Below, piece after piece: positions 28,900 to 37,164 of a DNA stretch of 64,000 bases (the stretch's first letter is position 1; each line of letters starts with the position of its first letter). A model generated the notes under the pieces. It saw only the letters and a program-made list of their open reading frames with translations, searched no databases and was not told the origin of the DNA. Position numbers and translations under genes: made by a program. This stretch comes from an uncultured Nitrososphaerota archaeon (GTDB lineage: Archaea; Thermoproteota; EX4484-205; JAAOZP01): contig CAYQCW010000010.1 in NCBI GenBank assembly GCA_964416155.1, positions 1 through 64,000 on the forward strand, read 5' to 3'.

Positions 28900-30359
28900 G
28901 GTTTTAAGGATAGCTCTAAATCCCTACGGTAAACTATTTTGGTGAATGCGGAGAACAATGCGACACCATCGTAAGGCTCGATAGGGCTCCTCATAAACAT
29001 GTCACTCAAAGGCACAACCCTATATACCCCGAGGGAAACCAGTTTTTCAGAAATCTCTTCATTCCCGTTCATCGAACACCCTATGGTTTGGACACCGTCA
29101 ACTCCTTTGAAAGCTGGTGAACTAGGAATCTTACTGATGTGCTTCAGAGCCTCGTCGACGGATTCTACAACAACTATCTCCAGAAATCTTCTACGAGTAT
29201 AGATGTTGAAGGCGGGGAGGGAGTTGACCACCTCGTCCAGAAGGCTTTTCCCCCTTGACACTACTAGCGTCCAAAAATTCTTAGGGTTTTTCGAAGAAAA
29301 GACGTGAGAGCCTTTCAACTGGAAGATCCTCCTAGCAGACTGGGTGAGAAAAAGACTTGTATCGTCGAAATCAGACTCGAATTCTGAACCAATCTCTTCC
29401 AGGAACCTTTCAACAGTACGGGTGAAGGAGAGAGCGCTCTGCCAGGAGCCGATGAAAACCCCGGAGGTTGGGGAACTGCATAACTGTTGATCGTAAAGTA
29501 TCATGTTTCTCGCTAAGCCTTCAGCCGTTTTCTTGTCAGCAGACTTTTCATCTATAAGGGCGCACCCCGTCAAGGGCCCGTTTATAACGATCTTAGGGCG
29601 ATTGGGGTTTTCTGAAACCATTCTCATAACACTGGTTCTAGCAGGCTCACCCCCCCAAAAGTTCACCACGCCGATTTCTGCTTCACCAAGAAGGTATTTC
29701 AGCGAAGAACTGTCGTGCGTAAAGTAGCTTATGACGAGCGCGTCCCTCATGGTCCTCGCCGCCTCGGAGTTTAAGGCTATTTCCCACAGCGTACTAAATA
29801 CTTCAACAACCCCTAAGTAGTTTGAAAGAGAGGGTTTTATGATAGTGAGGTTTCCAGTCGCGAGGGATATTGTTGAAGGAATAATCGCGGGGAGGAGCGA
29901 GTTGCCTGAGCTTATGATGAGAACAGGTCCGGCGGGGGCGATTCTAAAGCTCTCACCATTCTTTATCTCGACGAACCTTTCAAACGCCAGAATACTCTTA
30001 GCGGGTGAACACTCAAGGTTTTCACAGATGTTTTCCCTGCTTAAAACCATAGGGATCAGTGAAAACTCCATTTCTATAAGCTTCTCACTGTAGCCTGTTG
30101 TTCTAGCGATAATTTTTTTCAACTCTTCAAGCCTGCCGTCGTCAAGCTTCTCCCTCCATATTTTACCAATCTCACCGATTACTCTAAGCCTTTCCCGAAT
30201 ACCTGTTCTTGAAAGCCTCTCCTGAACAACTGGAGACATGCTAATGATCTCCCGCATGCTTCCACTGCTAATCTCCAGGATTCTGTAATGATTCTGCGTT
30301 TTCTCCACAACAGTATGCCTGTGGCTACAAAACGGCTTAAGCTCAAGCATGGTGTCCAA
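28896..30359 (-). CDS. LuxC-like acyl-CoA/acyl-protein reductase
   Basis: ALDH-fold motifs P.G.V.II.SGN, GN..IIKPS, FWGG..A; catalytic Cys in YDQQLCSSP (LuxC YDQxAC); QTIG; C-terminal PYDG. Confidence 0.82.
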   Translation of the reverse strand: MDTMLELKPFCSHRHTVVEKTQNHYRILEISSGSMREIISMSPVVQERLSRTGIRERLRVIGEIGKIWREKLDDGRLEELKKIIARTTGYSEKLIEMEFSLIPMVLSRENICENLECSPAKSILAFERFVEIKNGESFRIAPAGPVLIISSGNSLLPAIIPSTISLATGNLTIIKPSLSNYLGVVEVFSTLWEIALNSEAARTMRDALVISYFTHDSSSLKYLLGEAEIGVVNFWGGEPARTSVMRMVSENPNRPKIVINGPLTGCALIDEKSADKKTAEGLARNMILYDQQLCSSPTSGVFIGSWQSALSFTRTVERFLEEIGSEFESDFDDTSLFLTQSARRIFQLKGSHVFSSKNPKNFWTLVVSRGKSLLDEVVNSLPAFNIYTRRRFLEIVVVESVDEALKHISKIPSSPAFKGVDGVQTIGCSMNGNEEISEKLVSLGVYRVVPLSDMFMRSPIEPYDGVALFSAFTKIVYRRDLELSLKP

Positions 30360-31616
30360 CTAGCGTCTACCCATTAGTTCCTCCAAGGTTCCGCCGCACG
30401 CCCTCTGAAGGCTCCAGCCCTCGTCGACACTCAGCCTCCTCACGTAAACATACTCCTTCCCGTAATACCTGTTTGAGGGATGGCTGCGCATAATGTCCCC
30501 AGGATAAAAAACTTCAAGCCAAGATGTTGTGAAAGGATTAAATACTCCGACAATACCCTCAGCATTGTCCTCTTTGACTAGCTCGAAGGTTTTAGGGTTT
30601 AGGATGAAAACCTCTGAAAGCGGATGCGGTATCTTATCCATTTCTCCAAACTTATCCAACATAGCGGTTAATGTTTCAGTCATCCCATAAACATCCATGA
30701 AGGGAACAGCCTGAACACTCCCATCCTGCCCGCGTGAAACAAAATATTTTCTCGAGAATTCCACAATCTTATCGTAAGGCGGCAGGTCAAAGCCCTTGGT
30801 TCCTCCCCCGGTTGCGATGACGCCCCCCTTTCCAAGGTTTATCGGGAGGATTTTAAGCAGCCTGTAGACGAGCCGCTGAACCATGTTCATATCCTCAAAC
30901 TTTTTAGACAGCAAATAGACGCCGGCGGGTGCGGTGAAGAGGAGTTTCGGCTCCTCCCTGCTTCTCAGGAAACGGAGAACATTCTCCCGGTTTGGGACAA
31001 GCTTCTGCCAAGGTTTCCCATCTGTAGTTCCCTCAACCAAGTTCATACCGTAGAGAAGAGGAATTTTCTTTGATTCTAAAGTAAGATGCACGAAGGCAAC
31101 GAAGTTAAGTCTGTATCTGAGCTCTGGGGCGGCCATGAAAAGCGCGATTCCCTTCCCGCTTTCAACCTCCTTCCCGTAAACGTATTCGAAAAGAAAAGTA
31201 TTGCCCCTTATCATGATCGCCAGGTCGAGAGGGCTCCTGTAGACCTTTACTGGATTAGGATTCGTCGTGCCGCTTGACATGAAATACTCTCCATTCTCCT
31301 CCACATCTTTAATTAGAAACTGCTTATGGCCGTCTCCCCTTAGAATATCAGATGGGATTGCGAGCTTCGCTAAATCCTCTGGCTCAGCATCCCGGGGGCT
31401 TATTTCAAGCCTTTCGAAAAGCTCACGGTAATAATCACTATGTCTCGAAAAATAGATTAACGCGTCTCTAAAAATGCTCTTCCTGAGTTTGCTGAGATAG
31501 TCCGGAGACTTTGAGAAAAGGCTTTTATCATTAATTAAACTCCATATTTTTTCAACATAGGGATCTTTTAAAAGTCTGCTTTTAGAAGCGGCTTCAAATA
31601 TTTCTGAGGAATCCAT
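30360..31616 (-). CDS. LuxE-like acyl-protein synthetase
   Basis: F.SSGTT P-loop, TGGGTKG, DVYGMTE, HP....ILNPKT....EG.....NP...SW....GD, C-terminal RAC acylation-site Cys. Confidence 0.8.
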   Translation of the reverse strand: MDSSEIFEAASKSRLLKDPYVEKIWSLINDKSLFSKSPDYLSKLRKSIFRDALIYFSRHSDYYRELFERLEISPRDAEPEDLAKLAIPSDILRGDGHKQFLIKDVEENGEYFMSSGTTNPNPVKVYRSPLDLAIMIRGNTFLFEYVYGKEVESGKGIALFMAAPELRYRLNFVAFVHLTLESKKIPLLYGMNLVEGTTDGKPWQKLVPNRENVLRFLRSREEPKLLFTAPAGVYLLSKKFEDMNMVQRLVYRLLKILPINLGKGGVIATGGGTKGFDLPPYDKIVEFSRKYFVSRGQDGSVQAVPFMDVYGMTETLTAMLDKFGEMDKIPHPLSEVFILNPKTFELVKEDNAEGIVGVFNPFTTSWLEVFYPGDIMRSHPSNRYYGKEYVYVRRLSVDEGWSLQRACGGTLEELMGRR

Positions 31617-31644
31617 AGTGTAAGATTAGGATTCCAAAATAAGA

Positions 31645-31652
31645 TATATAAA
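31645..31652 (-). promoter_or_regulatory. TATA box of the luxE-luxC-SDR operon (probably leaderless)
   Basis: TTTATATA on the minus strand about 29 nt upstream of the ATG at 31616. Confidence 0.5.
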
Positions 31653-31820
31653 GCTGATGCTTAAGCTAATCTGGGGTTCACCGAGTGTCGAATAACATTT
31701 TTAGACATAATGCTTGTGAAAAAGCATTGGCTTAGAAAGAGTTTTTTAATTCTGTAAAACAGTTTTAGTTTTCTACCGTAAACCTTAAATCCACACCGCC
31801 TCAACAATCCGAGGGAGCCT

Positions 31821-32141
31821 TTGCTGAAAATAGTTGAGACGGAGCAACCCGATAAGTATACCAAGGTTATTAGCATAGTCTACAACGACGAGGAGATCGC
31901 CAGCGGTAAAGTTTACCTAGTCGACGAGCAGGAGGCAAAAATATTCAGGCAGAAGCTTAAAAAGAAGGTGAAAGAAGGCGACCCTTACTCGGTGAAGATA
32001 ATCTTTAAAAGCGAGGAGTGTGCACGGAGCCGCATGGAGGAAACTAAACGCATCATCTCAGAAAAATACAGCCAAGTTGACGGTAAACACATATTCTTAT
32101 TAGTTGAAAGAAACGGAAGGCTGGAGAAAGTATCGGGGTGA
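31821..32141 (+). CDS. hypothetical protein
   Basis: 106 aa ORF with natural composition, coupled (GTGA) to the next gene. Confidence 0.65.
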   Translation: MLKIVETEQPDKYTKVISIVYNDEEIASGKVYLVDEQEAKIFRQKLKKKVKEGDPYSVKIIFKSEECARSRMEETKRIISEKYSQVDGKHIFLLVERNGRLEKVSG

Positions 32142-32776
32142 GAGAAATGGACATTGGGAAGAAATGTTTAATCATGGCTATTGCCGGTGTGATACTTGCG
32201 TCTGTTTCATCACCCTTTGTGATCAACATGCTTTTCAACGGGAAACCCATTACCATGCTTACTCCAAAGGAGGTTTCAATACCGTCTGCACCGCAGGAGT
32301 ATGGGCCAATCTCCAAGGTTATAACCGGCATGGAGAAGATAATGGAGGTTCCTTTAAACCCCGCGAGAGGGGAACAGTATAAAGTGAGTCTCAACGTTGC
32401 AACTAACGGTACGATCAACGTACTGTTATTCAGGAAGAACAGTGCCAGTATTATTCAAGACAGTTTCAACGCTGGAAACCATACCAGGGATCTTATGATA
32501 ACTGCTAACGGCACGTACGTGTTGAACGCGACCACCCTTGATAATAGTGTTGTTAAAGCAAGATTCAAAATAACGGAGTCATGGTCACTCAGAGTCACAG
32601 AATGGGAGGAAAAGGTTGACATTGTGAGAACAGTGGGCCCCTCAGTAGGCTTCGCGGTTGGATTAGCCGTTCTCGTATACTCTCTGGCTAGGCTTAGAAA
32701 AGAGGCTGAAGCAGCCCGACCTGGAGCAGCCGGGGAGACTTTTAAAACGGGCTATGTGGAAGTAGAGGAAGACTAG
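32138..32776 (+). CDS. membrane-anchored protein (N- and C-terminal TM, beta-rich extracellular domain)
   Basis: Hydrophobic termini and several N-x-T/S sequons (NGT, NHT, NAT). Confidence 0.7.
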   Translation: MREMDIGKKCLIMAIAGVILASVSSPFVINMLFNGKPITMLTPKEVSIPSAPQEYGPISKVITGMEKIMEVPLNPARGEQYKVSLNVATNGTINVLLFRKNSASIIQDSFNAGNHTRDLMITANGTYVLNATTLDNSVVKARFKITESWSLRVTEWEEKVDIVRTVGPSVGFAVGLAVLVYSLARLRKEAEAARPGAAGETFKTGYVEVEED

Positions 32777-32790
32777 TCGGACTCTGGAAA

Positions 32791-33354
32791 ATGGATAAGA
32801 GGGTTAAAGAAGCTTTAAACATGTTCCTGACGACGATCATGCTTCCAGTAGTAATAATAGTGGTGTCAATATCTCTTTTAAACAGTGTTATGGGCACCAG
32901 CAGCCCGCTGGCGGTTGTGGAGATAGACATGAGCCCCTGGTATGTTAGCAGCATGTATCCAACCCTTTTCCCAGGGGACCTGCTGCTTTTAAGCGGGAAG
33001 GAGAATCTTCAGGTGGGTGATGTAGTCATCTATAGAAACCCCTATTCAGGGAAGAATATTGTCCACCGCATAATTGGGGTTAAAGTAGACCAGTATGGCG
33101 GCAAACGGTATGTTACGAAGGGAGATTACAATGCGTATCCAGACAGTTATAATCCAAGCGCTGAGGACATTGTTGGAAAATGGGTCGGTATAAAAATACA
33201 CCTAGTCGGCTTCATCCTGCTGCTGGTCAACACTAGTTTCGGCAGAATAGTGCTGATTGCCCTTCTAGTAATACTGCTGCTCATGGAGTTCATTAGAATA
33301 ATCAAGGAGAACAAGGATTCTGACGATTTGAAAAAGGACCCTCGGGAGGGCTAA
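32791..33354 (+). CDS. signal peptidase I (S26B, SipW/SEC11-type)
   Basis: SSMYPTL.PGDL, GDV..Y, IVHRI (Ser-His dyad), TKGD.N...D. Confidence 0.9.
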   Translation: MDKRVKEALNMFLTTIMLPVVIIVVSISLLNSVMGTSSPLAVVEIDMSPWYVSSMYPTLFPGDLLLLSGKENLQVGDVVIYRNPYSGKNIVHRIIGVKVDQYGGKRYVTKGDYNAYPDSYNPSAEDIVGKWVGIKIHLVGFILLLVNTSFGRIVLIALLVILLLMEFIRIIKENKDSDDLKKDPREG

Positions 33355-34421
33355 GGCTTCCTGCTTATAACCTCCCAGACCCTTGGATCCTCCTGTCCAA
33401 CCCTCCAGGCAGCTATCTTGTCTATCCCGTATGAAAGCGCTGTGGAAGCCTTCAGCTCAACCGACTTCGCGCCCTGGAACCATACTTCGTATAAGCCGTA
33501 AGAATAGTGGTATTCACCATCCTTCTCGCTGAAAAAAACCCAGGTATCAACGCTTTTAGCCGTCTCCAATGCTTGTTTGAAAGTTAGGCCAACACCGTTT
33601 CTACCGAGCCACCTGTAACCGTAGAAGGGAATTCCGATTATTATCTTCTCCCTCGGTATTGTTGAAAGCGCGTATTGAACCACTTCCCTAAGCCATCCTA
33701 AAGGTCCTATTGGGCCCGCCTCGCTTCCAGACCAGTGGTAGTCGTAACACATTATGCAAACGTAGTCACACGTCTCTCCGAGGGCCCTGTAGTCCCATGC
33801 CCCACCCCATCCTGAAGTATCATCCCAAGTTTTACCTGAAACATCTATCGTGACAATCTTTCCGTGGGAATGCAGGATTGAAGCCAGCTCCCTCATGTAT
33901 GAGTTCAACGCCTCCCTATCCTCAGGAGGAATATTCTCGTAATCGATGTTGACTCCTGAGAAATTGTTCTCAACGATGAAGCTTACTATGCTTTCTATTG
34001 TGCGTCTTCTAACTTCCGGATCCGTCAGGATCCTGTGAGCCAAACTCCTGTCGAAGCCCGAGTTCGCCACTAGCGGAACTATGCTGACATTACTCTTTCT
34101 AGCGGCCTCGACAATCCTATTATCTACTCTAGGAGTAAAAACTCCGAATGCATCGATTACCGAACCCGTTGGAGAGACCCAGGTGAACTTGCCCGCGTTA
34201 GTCAAAAAGCTGTTAACGCTTTCATCGTCGGGCGTAACCCATCCGAAAAACTTAACCCCTAATCTCTCCAAGGGGACTGTTTTGAAATACTCCTCAATAC
34301 TGCTTGAGTTTCCTTGCGAAGCCCTTCTCCCAGACTGCTGCATCATGAGCAGGCTTACGCAGACAATCGTTGTAATAAGTATTGCTAGCGTGAGGAGAAT
34401 CCTAGGATCCAGCTTGGACAT
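33351..34421 (-). CDS. membrane-anchored GH18 glycoside hydrolase (YaaH/SleL-like)
   Basis: N-terminal TM, SGVNIDYE catalytic motif, IMCYDYHW, KI..GIPFYGY.W, AAWR.GQED. Confidence 0.88.
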   Translation of the reverse strand: MSKLDPRILLTLAILITTIVCVSLLMMQQSGRRASQGNSSSIEEYFKTVPLERLGVKFFGWVTPDDESVNSFLTNAGKFTWVSPTGSVIDAFGVFTPRVDNRIVEAARKSNVSIVPLVANSGFDRSLAHRILTDPEVRRRTIESIVSFIVENNFSGVNIDYENIPPEDREALNSYMRELASILHSHGKIVTIDVSGKTWDDTSGWGGAWDYRALGETCDYVCIMCYDYHWSGSEAGPIGPLGWLREVVQYALSTIPREKIIIGIPFYGYRWLGRNGVGLTFKQALETAKSVDTWVFFSEKDGEYHYSYGLYEVWFQGAKSVELKASTALSYGIDKIAAWRVGQEDPRVWEVISRKP

Positions 34422-34605
34422 CTCTAGACTTCTTGCCTGAATGACCTATAAAACGATTACTGTGGCACTGTAATCGCCTTGAAAAAGAAATTTTGAACAC
34501 TTCAACGCCCTGGTTGTTGCTCGAAACAAGCGTATATCCTCTGTGGGAAAAATTATTTTAAAAGCGTAGGGAGAGAAACGTATAAGTATCCCCCTATATA
34601 TTAGG

Positions 34606-36018
34606 ATGGGGCATAGCTTGAATCATGCGCTCAGATGCACGAGCTGCGGAGCAGCCTACAGTTTCAGCGTTGAAAGGAAGCTGTGTGACAGGTGCGGACA
34701 GGGATTAACGCTGGACATGAAACCATCCTTCTTAGAGGAACCGGGAGAGCACGGGGTCTGGAGGCATGGCGGAATACTTCCAGCTGTTGAGAAAAAGTTC
34801 AGAATCTCTCTGGGAGAGGGAAACACGATGCTCCGACAAGGCTTGAGGATTGGGAGAAGCATAGGTGTTGAAGAGCTATGGATTAAGGATGAAACTGTTG
34901 AACCCACGGGCTCCTACTTGGACAGAAGCTCAGCCTTATTCGTGTCCATCGCCCTAAGTCTAGGTTACGGAAGGATCTCCACCTATTCAACTGGAAACCT
35001 TGGCGCATCGTTGGCAGCATACTCCTCTAAAGCCGGTTTAAAGACGCGTGTTCAGGTTAAGCCCACGATAGACGTTGGGAAACTCTACCAGATGATAATA
35101 TATGGCGCGGAGGTTAGCGTAGTCGACTTCTTTGGGAAGCGCGCCGCGAAGGGAGCTATCGTAGCTGTGGAGCACGACCCCTTGATAAACGAGGCTAAGA
35201 AAACAATCATGCTCGAAATACTCCTTCAGCTTGGAGGGAGGCCGCCCGACTACGTGGTTCTCCCAATGGGGGAGGGAGGCCTAGTATACGAAACCCACAA
35301 GATGATGAGGGAGCTCAGGGAGCTCGGCATCGCTAAGTGCAGTACTAGAATAGTTGGAGTACAGCCGGAGGACTGCGATCCTATAGTAAACGCTTTCGAA
35401 AGAGGCTTAGACACTGTTGAGGCTGAAGCTGAGCCAAGAAGCAGAATATTCGACCTGAACGTGGCCAACCCTAGGTTTGGAAACGCTGCTCTCAGAGCAA
35501 TAAGACAGACGGGTGGGATGGCAGTATCCGTCAGCGAAAAAGAGATTTTCGAAGCCCTAAGCCTGCTGGCTGAGAAAGAAGGGATACTTGCAGAGCCAGC
35601 TGGAAGCCTTTCTACAGCAGGCTTGGTGAAGCTGGTTAAAAACGGAGAGGTGAAGAGGGACGCTAGAGTGGTTTCCGTTGTGACGGGAAGCGGGCTCAAG
35701 GATCAGAGGGTTATGAAGGAATTAGCCTACAGAAAGTCCAGCATAGGCGTGTTGATAGAGGAGCTGAGTGGGGGTGTTAGACTCGGGTCGACTAAGACAG
35801 CTATACTGAGGCTACTGTCTGAAAAAAACATGTATGGCTATGAGGTTTGGAGAGGGTTGAGGGAGAAATACGGCATGAACGTCAGGATTCCAACGGTTTA
35901 CCAGCATCTTTCCGATCTCGTTGAAAAAGGGTATGTTAGAAGAGTTGAGGCTAGGAGGGTCATGGGTAGGAAGAGGGAGTACTATTCTCTAACTGAGAGG
36001 GGAGAGGCCATTGCCTAG
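34606..36018 (+). CDS. threonine synthase-like protein lacking the PLP lysine, fused to a C-terminal PadR-type winged HTH
   Basis: N-terminal Zn ribbon (CTSC..CDRC), SLGEGNT, PTGSYLDR (canonical PTGSFKDR), STGNLGAS, TGSGLKD; tail ILRLLSEKNMYGYEV...TVYQHL..L...GYV...RKREYYSLTERG. Confidence 0.85.
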   Translation: MGHSLNHALRCTSCGAAYSFSVERKLCDRCGQGLTLDMKPSFLEEPGEHGVWRHGGILPAVEKKFRISLGEGNTMLRQGLRIGRSIGVEELWIKDETVEPTGSYLDRSSALFVSIALSLGYGRISTYSTGNLGASLAAYSSKAGLKTRVQVKPTIDVGKLYQMIIYGAEVSVVDFFGKRAAKGAIVAVEHDPLINEAKKTIMLEILLQLGGRPPDYVVLPMGEGGLVYETHKMMRELRELGIAKCSTRIVGVQPEDCDPIVNAFERGLDTVEAEAEPRSRIFDLNVANPRFGNAALRAIRQTGGMAVSVSEKEIFEALSLLAEKEGILAEPAGSLSTAGLVKLVKNGEVKRDARVVSVVTGSGLKDQRVMKELAYRKSSIGVLIEELSGGVRLGSTKTAILRLLSEKNMYGYEVWRGLREKYGMNVRIPTVYQHLSDLVEKGYVRRVEARRVMGRKREYYSLTERGEAIA

Positions 36019-36020
36019 TT

Positions 36021-37109
36021 TTAAAGCCGCATCCTCTCATAAGTTATCTTCAAATCGCCATCTTTCCATGTGAAAACCGGAACATCTCTTCTAAGCCTTC
36101 TGAACTTCTCGCTTAAAGAATGAACTATAAAAGGGAGCACTATCGTAGCATCAGCGTAGCACTGAACCCTCTGGGCTCTGAACCCGATTTTACCCCAGCT
36201 TTGACCCTCCTCGAAAGTACATCCCGATAAGCCTCCCCACTGCGGCATGTCCGTAGAGATCTGTATCGCGCAACCATGGCTCTTATCGTGTCTAGTCTGG
36301 TAGCTTGCTATCACGGCGGTTTGTTGAATAAAATTCTTTGGCACGCCTCCACCTATGTATATCACGCCGGTTTGCTTCGCCTTCTCAGTTATCCTAGAGC
36401 TCTCGTCAACATCCTTAAGGTAGTCGACGATTATCCTCTTCTTCTTGAGAATACTCTTCTTCCCGTCGATGCTTACAACCCTAGTCCTCCTGTTGGCGAA
36501 CATTATTGAGAATCCTAATGCACTGTCTCCGAAAGCGGGGCAGAATATTGGGACGCCGCTCCTGTAGGCGCTTACAAGAAGAGAGTCCTTATCCTTAACA
36601 TGCTTGCATAAAAACTTCCCAAGAAGGCAGAGTACTTCACGGGAGGAATAGGGGTAATCGTCTCTAAGCGTCCTGGCGAAAACCTTTTCTATCCAGAGGT
36701 CGGTTCCGTAAAACTTATTCTCATCCGCAAAAACGTCGTAAATCCTGTCGACCCTCTCCCTCCTCAGCTTGACATCATCTATCAAGTGGGTTCCAACATA
36801 ATGCTTCCCGCCTAGGGCTTCGAAGAGATCATGGTAAAGGTTTGCCCCAGTTGAAACAATCACGTCGACCATCCTCCTTTCAATCAGGTAGGCGACGAGC
36901 CTCCTCATCCCGGCTGGAACCATGGCGCCGGCTAGGCCGAGCCATATTACGATGTTCCTTTTCTTAAGCATTCTAGACCATACTTGAACAACCTCAGAAA
37001 CCTTCCTTCCCTGAAAACCTGTGAACATCATTTCATCAACCAATTGACTAATTTTTTTATCCGGGTTAACTTCGATCGGGTTCGTGGGAAGTTTAAGAAA
37101 CCTCCTCAT
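36021..37109 (-). CDS. dys: deoxyhypusine synthase
   Basis: GFQG, GAMVPAGMR, STGANL.HD, RIYD, GGGVPKNF, GGLSGCT..E..SWGK. Confidence 0.88.
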   Translation of the reverse strand: MRRFLKLPTNPIEVNPDKKISQLVDEMMFTGFQGRKVSEVVQVWSRMLKKRNIVIWLGLAGAMVPAGMRRLVAYLIERRMVDVIVSTGANLYHDLFEALGGKHYVGTHLIDDVKLRRERVDRIYDVFADENKFYGTDLWIEKVFARTLRDDYPYSSREVLCLLGKFLCKHVKDKDSLLVSAYRSGVPIFCPAFGDSALGFSIMFANRRTRVVSIDGKKSILKKKRIIVDYLKDVDESSRITEKAKQTGVIYIGGGVPKNFIQQTAVIASYQTRHDKSHGCAIQISTDMPQWGGLSGCTFEEGQSWGKIGFRAQRVQCYADATIVLPFIVHSLSEKFRRLRRDVPVFTWKDGDLKITYERMRL

Positions 37110-37164
37110 CTTTTTTCCGATTTAATCATTTAAATTTTAATTTAAACTTTACTGAAAAAGTCAT

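Noticed and set aside
28896-31616. Bioluminescence as the role of luxC/luxE
   Set aside because: No luciferase (luxAB), luxD or luxG in the window; an SDR occupies the third position.
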